Assembly (NCBI RefSeq): GCF_000765475.1
Contig: NZ_JRHO01000014.1
Coordinates: 365,687 to 389,686, forward strand
Length of the DNA stretch: 24,000 nt
Source: Methanococcoides methylutens
GTDB lineage: Archaea; Halobacteriota; Methanosarcinia; Methanosarcinales; Methanosarcinaceae
Direction of reading: 5' to 3'
Notes under the pieces: generated by a model
What the model saw: only the letters and a program-made list of their open reading frames with translations
Told to the model about the DNA's origin: nothing
Database searches by the model: none
Shown: positions 7,558-14,712 of the stretch, in pieces
Position numbering within the stretch: the stretch's first letter is position 1
How the letters are laid out: each line of letters starts with the position of its first letter
Made by a program: the position numbers and the translations under genes

Positions 7558-9390
7558 ATGGTTGAATCTGAAGATATACTTATGAAGGAAGGTTTTGAAA
7601 AGGGCTTGGAAGCCTGCTTTCCTTTTAAACCAAAAAAATATGAAGGGCATGATCATTCTGACGTAACAAAATCGAGTATATATAAGATACTTCCTCCTGG
7701 AATGAAAAAAGAAGTCGAAAGGAATCACCATCTTCTGGAATACTTACACATATTGCCGATTGATACGATGGGAATTCCAAAATATGTATCCAAACTTGAA
7801 TCAAAACATGGTGACCTTGAGCATCCCAATTTAATATACAAAGCAAGTGACAGTAGCTACGTACATATTTATCCAAACAAGAACGGTGTAAGGGATTATT
7901 ATATTCCGATAGAACCAAACCTACTTACCGGTGTTGGCAACATCCTAAAAGAATTAGAACATAGGATGCTGGATTACCTCACGGGCCTTGACTTCGATCC
8001 GGAAAATATTGAAGAAAAAACGCAGATATTGATCGAAGCTATGGATGATATTTGTGTGATTGGAGAAAAGGAAGAAAATCAAGATTCTTTTGCAAATTTG
8101 AAAAAGGTCCTTGGTTCAAAGCTCTTTCCGAATAAAGGGAAAAAGGAAGACAATCACATCTATTTATCTGAAGATCAATATAAGGCCTTAAAATATTCTC
8201 TTCTCAGAGATAAAATTGGTCTGGGTTTTCTTGATCCGTATATATGTGACAGCAATATAGAAGATATTACCTGCAACGGATTAGGGTCGATATATTTAGA
8301 GCACAAAGTATTTGATGGGCTAAGAAGTGTCCTGGAGTTCACTGACCATGACATTCTCAACCACTTTATAATCAAGCTTGCAGAAAGGATAGGTAAGCCC
8401 ATTACGTTTAAAGATCCTATTGTGGATGCCTCACTTCCGGATGGTTCGAGGATTAACATCGTTTATGGTACCGATGTAAGTAAAAATGGAAGTAACTTCA
8501 CAATAAGGAAATTTAATGAAATTCCATTTAGTATCCTTCAGGTAATCGATAAAGGAACGATGGACTACAGAGTTGCAGGTTATCTTTGGATCCTTCTTTC
8601 TGAAGGTATGAGTGGCTTTATCTGTGGTGAAACTGCAAGTGGTAAAACGACTTCATTAAATGCCCTTACAACTTTCATTAGCCCTGATGCAAAACTGGTA
8701 TCTATAGAAGATACTCCTGAATTGCAGATTCCTCACAAAAACTGGACACGTGAGATGACCAGAGGTAGCACAAGAGGCGGAGGGGTTGGCGAAGGAAGTG
8801 GTTCGGATGTTACAATGTTCGACCTTCTGAAAGCTGGCTTAAGGCAGAGACCAAATTATATTCTTGTGGGTGAGATCAGAGGAGTAGAGGGAAATGTTGC
8901 GTTCCAGGCTATGCAGACCGGGCACCCAGTCATGTCAACCTTCCACGCTGCAAGCGTTGAAAAACTAATACAGAGGATTACTGCAGACCCCATAAACATA
9001 CCTAAAACATATGTTGATAATCTGAATTTTGTTATCATCCAGTCTGCTGTCAGAAGACCTGATGGAAAAATGGTAAGAAGAGTAATCAGTGTGAACGAAG
9101 TTCTGGGATATGATCCTCAAAAGGGTGTTTCTTTCGTTGAGGCCTTTTCATGGGACCCGGTTACTGATTCTTATGTTTTCAGTGCTCATGGTAGTTCTTA
9201 TCTTCTGGAACAGAAAATTGCAACAAGACTAGGTATTCCTTCGAAGAGAAAACATGTTGTTTATGATGAGATCGAGAAAAGAGCAAAAATATTAGAAAGA
9301 TTTCAAAAGGAAGGGATCACTAATTTCTATGATTTCTTTGATACCACCTCTAAAATTACAAAACATGGGATGCTGAGGATTAAATTCTAA
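7558..9390 (+). CDS. arlI: Archaellum motor ATPase ArlI (FlaI), type II/IV secretion ATPase superfamily
   Basis: ORF 7546-9390 (the track start is a TTG inside the RBS). The ATG at 7558 follows GGAGGT. Walker A GETASGKTTSLNAL, Walker B/Asp box NYILVGEIRGVEG, His box MSTFHA. Confidence 0.95.
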   Translation: MVESEDILMKEGFEKGLEACFPFKPKKYEGHDHSDVTKSSIYKILPPGMKKEVERNHHLLEYLHILPIDTMGIPKYVSKLESKHGDLEHPNLIYKASDSSYVHIYPNKNGVRDYYIPIEPNLLTGVGNILKELEHRMLDYLTGLDFDPENIEEKTQILIEAMDDICVIGEKEENQDSFANLKKVLGSKLFPNKGKKEDNHIYLSEDQYKALKYSLLRDKIGLGFLDPYICDSNIEDITCNGLGSIYLEHKVFDGLRSVLEFTDHDILNHFIIKLAERIGKPITFKDPIVDASLPDGSRINIVYGTDVSKNGSNFTIRKFNEIPFSILQVIDKGTMDYRVAGYLWILLSEGMSGFICGETASGKTTSLNALTTFISPDAKLVSIEDTPELQIPHKNWTREMTRGSTRGGGVGEGSGSDVTMFDLLKAGLRQRPNYILVGEIRGVEGNVAFQAMQTGHPVMSTFHAASVEKLIQRITADPINIPKTYVDNLNFVIIQSAVRRPDGKMVRRVISVNEVLGYDPQKGVSFVEAFSWDPVTDSYVFSAHGSSYLLEQKIATRLGIPSKRKHVVYDEIEKRAKILERFQKEGITNFYDFFDTTSKITKHGMLRIKF

Positions 9391-9403
9391 ATGAGGCGTT
9401 GAT

Positions 9404-11023
9404 ATGGATATCTCCGATATAAAAAATATTTTTAAGAGCAAAAATGAAGGTGATACATCTAAATCTTTGTCAGGAATAATATCCCGCAGGGTAGATCGCT
9501 TTAAAAAAGAGCTCTACATTAGCAACGATATGCTTTTCTCCCTAACTTACATGGCATCCATATCTACTGCAAATGTGAGCAGGGACAAGATATTCGAGAA
9601 CATATCGAAGAAAACAGAATATTGCCCATATATTTATTTTGAAAAGGTCAAAGATCTATCCCAAGACTGGCATTATGATTACGCTAATGCATGTGAGCTT
9701 GTATCCACTAAGGTAAAGCATATTAGACTGCAAGAACTTTTTAATAGGTTCTCCAATGCGATTGCATCAGGTGAGCCAGACATTGATTTTCTCAAGAAAG
9801 AGTGGACATTGTTTAAAACAATAAGGAAAGACGAATTCGAGAGAAATCTTGAAACCACAAAAGAATGGTCAAACGCTTACACTGCGCTGCTTGTCTCAAC
9901 TTCCCTTGTATCCATTATAATATTACTTTCTGTAATTCTGTATAATCTAGGAGATCCTGAGAAGACACTTTACGGTACAGCTTTTATCGTGTCAGGTATG
10001 GCTTTTGGGGGTGTAGGATTATTATGCAAAGGAGTTCCCAGAGATTCGATGGTCCATAGTTTGGATAAGAAATCAAAGGAACAGACCTTCATTTACAAAT
10101 GGATGCCAGTTACAATAATTCTAGCTATCCTCTCAGTTATAACACTGACATTGATACCTTCATTTTTGCATCCCATTGATTTCTATGTAGATATCAAAGG
10201 TCTCGGAATGATTCTAGCAGGATTGATCATGCTCCCGGTTGGAATCACAGCTCACAGAGATATTGTCAAAGTTAACAAAAGAGATGAAAGTTATACGACA
10301 TTTATCAGGAGTCTTGGGTCAATCGTTAGTGGATCGGGATTGACAATTCCAAAGGCCCTAATGAAAATAGATCCAAAAAATCTTGGTGAATTGAAGGGTG
10401 TGACTCTTGAACTCTATAAGAAGCTTACAATTGGCATGGATTCAAAGTTGAGCTGGGATCAATTTGTAGAGGAATCAGGTAGCTATTTGATTCACAAATT
10501 TACAAGTGTTTTTGTTGATTCCATTAATTTGGGAGGAGATGCCGAAGAGGTTGGAGAGCTAGTAAGTTCATCAAACCTTGAACTTGTCCTTTTGAGAATG
10601 AAAAGGGATCGTATTTCTACTTCATTCACATACCTTGTCGTACCCCTTCATTTGGCAATGGTGGCACTTCTTCTTTTCATTGGGCAGATACTTACGATAT
10701 TCACAAACATCATTTCAGATCTATTTGTACAATATGACATATCAGAATCTGCGATCGCAGGTGGTGCAGGTGGTGTTGGAATGAATTTGGGAATCTTTGG
10801 AGGAGTTCCGGTTGAGCTTTTAGGTCAATACGTCGTAGTGGTAATTATAGTATTAACTCTGGCCAATATTCTTGTAGTAAATGTTGTGAAAGGAGGCCCT
10901 TTATATCTGATAGTATTTTACGCTTCAATATTTTTTATTCTTTCGGGAATCATGATGATCAGTGTTCCTCCCGTAGTGGACATGTTCTTTTCGTTTGACT
11001 CATTTATTGAAGGAGGTATATGA
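9404..11023 (+). CDS. arlJ: Archaellum platform membrane protein ArlJ (FlaJ), TadB/C / GspF-like polytopic protein
   Basis: 539 aa. Soluble N-terminal domain followed by multiple hydrophobic helices (LVSTSLVSIIILLSVILY, VTIILAILSVITLTLIP, VVVIIVLTLANILVV, LIVFYASIFFILSGIMMISV). It lies immediately after arlI. RBS GAGGCG at 9393-9398. Confidence 0.9.
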   Translation: MDISDIKNIFKSKNEGDTSKSLSGIISRRVDRFKKELYISNDMLFSLTYMASISTANVSRDKIFENISKKTEYCPYIYFEKVKDLSQDWHYDYANACELVSTKVKHIRLQELFNRFSNAIASGEPDIDFLKKEWTLFKTIRKDEFERNLETTKEWSNAYTALLVSTSLVSIIILLSVILYNLGDPEKTLYGTAFIVSGMAFGGVGLLCKGVPRDSMVHSLDKKSKEQTFIYKWMPVTIILAILSVITLTLIPSFLHPIDFYVDIKGLGMILAGLIMLPVGITAHRDIVKVNKRDESYTTFIRSLGSIVSGSGLTIPKALMKIDPKNLGELKGVTLELYKKLTIGMDSKLSWDQFVEESGSYLIHKFTSVFVDSINLGGDAEEVGELVSSSNLELVLLRMKRDRISTSFTYLVVPLHLAMVALLLFIGQILTIFTNIISDLFVQYDISESAIAGGAGGVGMNLGIFGGVPVELLGQYVVVVIIVLTLANILVVNVVKGGPLYLIVFYASIFFILSGIMMISVPPVVDMFFSFDSFIEGGI

Positions 11024-11024
11024 A

Positions 11025-11924
11025 ATGGATTTATCAATTTTAACAGAAATAGATTCTTCAATTATCCTGGGGATTGTTGTTAGTATAATAGTGATGAGTG
11101 TCGCAGTCTTCTATGATAAATATAGGGGAGATAAGATTCCTGATCCTAATACCTCCACATCAAAATCATATGAAATGCTAGGCCAATTTATTGATTTTTC
11201 CAAATTTAAAGTATCGAATCCTTTTGTAGGAACTGGTCAAAAAATCAAGAAGCTAATTAACAGTGAATCTGATTCAAAAGAAAATGAAACATCAGAATTA
11301 GCAGTTGATAAGGAGTCAAATTATTCTGGCATTAAAGGTATTTTTACCAATTTCAGATCAAAGATATCATCTATTAAGTTAAGTTTGCCTGGAAAAGGTG
11401 ACCGGGAAAACGAGGCCATATTTACAGACATGGCTAGTTCTAAAAATGCTACTTCCACAGAAAATGAATCAAATATAGATTTTGATGTCGATAAAATCGT
11501 AGGAAATAAAAAGAATGAATTGGATTTTGATGATAATCTGATCAATGAGATGGCTACTGCAGGTAGTTTAGGCACTCAAATTGAAGTTGACGAACCGGAT
11601 TCGGATTTATCACTTAATGGTGATTTGTCTATTGATATGGATGAATTTGACTTCGGTTTTGGAGAGGTAGGAGACGAACAAGATGATAGCCAGGATGATG
11701 AATTTTCTTTCGAAATGTCTGAAGATGACCCTTACAATGATGATTTCTCCTTTGAAGATGACGACGATAGTTTCATAGAGTCATTGAAGAATGACATAAT
11801 TATTGAGGAGAAAAAGAAAGCCGATTTCATGTCAGAAATGAAAGGAGAAAATTTAGACATCGAAGAAATTAAAACCGAGCTTGAAGGGGTTTTAGAAAAT
11901 CTAAAAAGGTACAACACCCCCTAA
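11025..11924 (+). CDS. Hypothetical single-pass membrane protein with a long acidic low-complexity tail; last gene of the arl operon
   Basis: ORF 10995-11924. The ATG at 11025 lies 1 nt after the arlJ stop, and AGGAGG (11011-11016) is embedded in the end of arlJ. One TM helix, IILGIVVSIIVMSVAVFY, followed by DKYRGDK. The tail is Ser/Asn/Asp/Glu-rich with repeated D-[DE]-F-x-F motifs (DEFDFGFGE, DDEFSFEMSEDD, DDFSFEDDDD). The C-terminal stretch is helical or coiled-coil-like (IEEIKTELEGVLENLKRY). I recognise no known family. Confidence 0.7.
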   Translation: MDLSILTEIDSSIILGIVVSIIVMSVAVFYDKYRGDKIPDPNTSTSKSYEMLGQFIDFSKFKVSNPFVGTGQKIKKLINSESDSKENETSELAVDKESNYSGIKGIFTNFRSKISSIKLSLPGKGDRENEAIFTDMASSKNATSTENESNIDFDVDKIVGNKKNELDFDDNLINEMATAGSLGTQIEVDEPDSDLSLNGDLSIDMDEFDFGFGEVGDEQDDSQDDEFSFEMSEDDPYNDDFSFEDDDDSFIESLKNDIIIEEKKKADFMSEMKGENLDIEEIKTELEGVLENLKRYNTP

Positions 11925-12173
11925 AATAGGAGCTCAGTGGAAACATCAAAATCTCCATCATTAGAGTTAAATAATAAATTATTTCCAATATTATATAGTG
12001 CTCAAAAAAATAATATTTAGAATGAAATCTCTAGTAGAATTCCAAGCATTTGGACTCAGATCGAATTTGATAGTATTTATTCAAATTATAGCATAAAAAT
12101 AATTAATTGATTCATTAATTGATTTTAGTTTTATATTGATAGATAATTTAAAACAGGAAAAAGTGATTTAAAT

Positions 12174-12335
12174 ATGTTAGACGCAAAATACATAGGCCTT
12201 ATAGTCTTAGCATTGTTTTCAGGTTCAATGCTTGTTTATCAATGGCTTTCACTCTACAACAGACTTGACTATAGTGTTGTTTTCTATGCTGCACTTTTGA
12301 TATTTTCGTTTTCTTTAATGCTTTTGAAGAGATGA
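12174..12335 (+). CDS. Possible small (53 aa) two-helix membrane protein
   Basis: Below the track length cut-off. My translation is MLDAKYIGLIVLALFSGSMLVYQWLSLYNRLDYSVVFYAALLIFSFSLMLLKR. TATA-like TTTTATATTG at 12129-12138 lies about 40 nt upstream. A T7 run at 12381-12387 lies downstream. The RBS is weak and I could not test conservation. Confidence 0.3.
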   Translation: MLDAKYIGLIVLALFSGSMLVYQWLSLYNRLDYSVVFYAALLIFSFSLMLLKR

Positions 12336-12647
12336 ATTATCTGAAAGTGTAGAATAAAATGACCTGATACACACATTTAATTTTTTTAGTTACATGAGAA
12401 TATTTTTGATTGAATATGGATCGAAGCAGGGCTGCTTAGATATTAATTTATAATCAAAAAAGTAGTGTTTGGTAGATATAAGTGGAAATTTAAATAATCA
12501 GAAAAGTATCAAAAACCATATTTCGCAGATAGACCTATCTGAGGGAATATTTCAATATTTCAATAATCCATAATAACATTAATAAACCGACATGAATTCT
12601 AAAAAAGATGAGGAGACGGTTTTAAAAGAGCAGAACTGAATATTCCT

Positions 12648-13460
12648 TTAAATTTTCATGTAGATTTTGTCTTTTATACTCACAGGTTCAAATAAACTTC
12701 TCATTTCAGGAGGTAATGTTTCGGATTTACCTATTATGAGATAGCCACCTTTTGTGAGTGAATCGTAGAAGTTGCTTATCATTTTTACTTTTTGAGTTTC
12801 ATTGAAATATATCATCACATTCCTGCAGAAAACAGTGTCAAAATGCTTTGAAACTGGAGTATCGTTTGTTAGATCATATCTTTTGAATCTATATGATAGA
12901 TTTTGAATCTTTTTTACTTTAAAAGTATCCTCAGATTTTTCAAAATACTTGTGCCTGAGCATATAGTCAAGGTTTTTAATTTTATCCTTGAAGTACACCC
13001 CTTCTGAAGCATTTTTTAAGCACTTTTCATCTATATCAGTAGCATATATCGATATGTTCCAATCTTCAGGAAATACTTCTTTTGCACAGATCCCAATAGA
13101 ATAAGGTTCTTCTCCGTTAGAACACCCAGCACTCCAAAATCTAACCAGTTTGCTTTGTGATTTTTGCTTTCTTTCTATTATATCTGCAATCAAGTTATCC
13201 TTGAAAAATATGAACGGTGTTTTGTCTCGCATAAATTCAGTCACATTAATAGTAAGAGTATCTATGAGTGCAGCTAATTCACCTTCATTCGTTTCAAGAA
13301 ATCGCATATAATCCTTATAATCAGTGATTCCTACAACCCTCATTCTCAGATCAATTCTTCTCCGAAGGTATTTATCCCTATAACCATCGAGAACGATACC
13401 CGATAATTTAGATACCTTGTTTGTAAGAAGATCAAAGTAATCTGTATCACTTACATCCAT
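12648..13460 (-). CDS. cheR: Chemotaxis protein methyltransferase CheR
   Basis: 270 aa. SAM-binding motif VRFWSAGCSNGEEPYS and VFCRNVMIYF. Overlaps the 3' end of cheD by 10 nt. A T6 run on the minus strand (12601-12606) is a terminator candidate just downstream. Confidence 0.93.
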   Translation of the reverse strand: MDVSDTDYFDLLTNKVSKLSGIVLDGYRDKYLRRRIDLRMRVVGITDYKDYMRFLETNEGELAALIDTLTINVTEFMRDKTPFIFFKDNLIADIIERKQKSQSKLVRFWSAGCSNGEEPYSIGICAKEVFPEDWNISIYATDIDEKCLKNASEGVYFKDKIKNLDYMLRHKYFEKSEDTFKVKKIQNLSYRFKRYDLTNDTPVSKHFDTVFCRNVMIYFNETQKVKMISNFYDSLTKGGYLIIGKSETLPPEMRSLFEPVSIKDKIYMKI

Positions 13461-14113
13461 AATACCTTCCCATTGCTATATTTAACAATTAGACTTCCGT
13501 CAACTGCATTGAAAATAACATTTCTCCCCATACTTCCCCCTACATCTGTGGCTAATATTTCGATTTTCTCTTTTTTGAGAGTTTCTTCAACAGATTTAAT
13601 ATTCCGATCACCGATCTTAAGTATGTCCAGATTCATGTGCTTAAATATCTGGGCACCACCTGCAACCTTTGCAGAAATATGTTTTCGCCTTGCTCCATTG
13701 CAAACCATTTCTTCAAGCATTGTTGTTATGGCAGTTTCAGCATGTTTGGTTTTTCCATCGTTTGACGCTCCGGGGAGCAATACATGTGCAATACCAGCCA
13801 TACGACTTTTGTGATCGTAAAGTACCACACCTACACAGGAACCAAGTCCCATTGCTTTCAGTAGGATATTTTTTCCCACTTTGTATTCTCCAATGCCAGC
13901 AATCAACTCTCCTTCTAATAATTGTACATTGGAGTCCGGGGAGCTACCTTTTAAGTGGTTCTTTGCGCCTATTATCAGTTCACAATCTGGATGGCAAGAA
14001 CCAGATGCACACCTACCATCCATAGAACAGTATGAACCCACTACTGTATTATTTCTGCTCAAAACAATCGCTTTTGCGTTTGCTGTTGAGACGTATGCAA
14101 TATCGTTACTCAT
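13451..14113 (-). CDS. cheD: Chemoreceptor glutamine deamidase CheD with an N-terminal extension of about 70 aa
   Basis: 220 aa. The CheD core starts near IGIGEYKVGKNILLKAMGLGSCVGVVLYD...GIAHVLLPG...AKVAGGAQIF. The start at 14113 forms an ATGA overlap with the cheC stop, which supports the long N-terminus. Confidence 0.9.
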   Translation of the reverse strand: MSNDIAYVSTANAKAIVLSRNNTVVGSYCSMDGRCASGSCHPDCELIIGAKNHLKGSSPDSNVQLLEGELIAGIGEYKVGKNILLKAMGLGSCVGVVLYDHKSRMAGIAHVLLPGASNDGKTKHAETAITTMLEEMVCNGARRKHISAKVAGGAQIFKHMNLDILKIGDRNIKSVEETLKKEKIEILATDVGGSMGRNVIFNAVDGSLIVKYSNGKVLWM

Positions 14114-14712
14114 AATCCTTCCAATATATTCATAATGTTACTGAATAAATCATCTTCAGGTAACAATGCCAAATTTATTTCGATGTTTGACTCCGAATTT
14201 AGCTTGGTTTCAAATATAATTAGGTTATCACTTTTTTGTGCCATCTGGGAAACTACCCCATCCATAACTGCAGTAGCCATATCAACTGCATAATTTGGAG
14301 GAGAAGGTAACAGGATTATGTCCAGGAAGTCAGCTGAGGCATCACAAAATGATGATGCAAGTATGTTTCCAGCTTCCATTACTGCAGAAGCATACATCTC
14401 ATCGTCAACATCTTCTGTCCCATACATTTCCACTACAAGTTTGTCTGCAGATTTCATAGGTACCATGACGTATAGGTAACCAGAGTTGTTCCCCTCAAGA
14501 TCCTGTAATGCTATAAGGACACCTGCTACAACTTCTTCATACAATTCGCCACGCAAATCTGCTATACTTACGATTTTTACTTCTGGAACAGTAATTTCAA
14601 TATATTTGTCTAACAATTTTGAAAGTGAAGTGGCTGCATGTCCAGTACCAATATTACCAAGTTCTTTTAAAACCTCTACTTCCATTTCACTAAGACATTC
14701 TAATTCAAGCAT
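14110..14712 (-). CDS. cheC: CheY-P phosphatase CheC
   Basis: 200 aa. Both E-x2-N-x22-P active-site motifs are present: ELGNIGTGHAATSLSKLLDKYIEITVP and EAGNILASSFCDASADFLDIILLPSPP. Overlaps cheA by 8 nt. Confidence 0.9.
   Translation of the reverse strand: MLELECLSEMEVEVLKELGNIGTGHAATSLSKLLDKYIEITVPEVKIVSIADLRGELYEEVVAGVLIALQDLEGNNSGYLYVMVPMKSADKLVVEMYGTEDVDDEMYASAVMEAGNILASSFCDASADFLDIILLPSPPNYAVDMATAVMDGVVSQMAQKSDNLIIFETKLNSESNIEINLALLPEDDLFSNIMNILEGL

Noticed and set aside
12526-12541. Palindrome CAGATAG-AC-CTATCTG in the convergent spacer
   Set aside because: The 7-bp arms with a 2-nt centre cannot form a stable hairpin terminator. As a protein-binding site it is a single short occurrence without a second copy.
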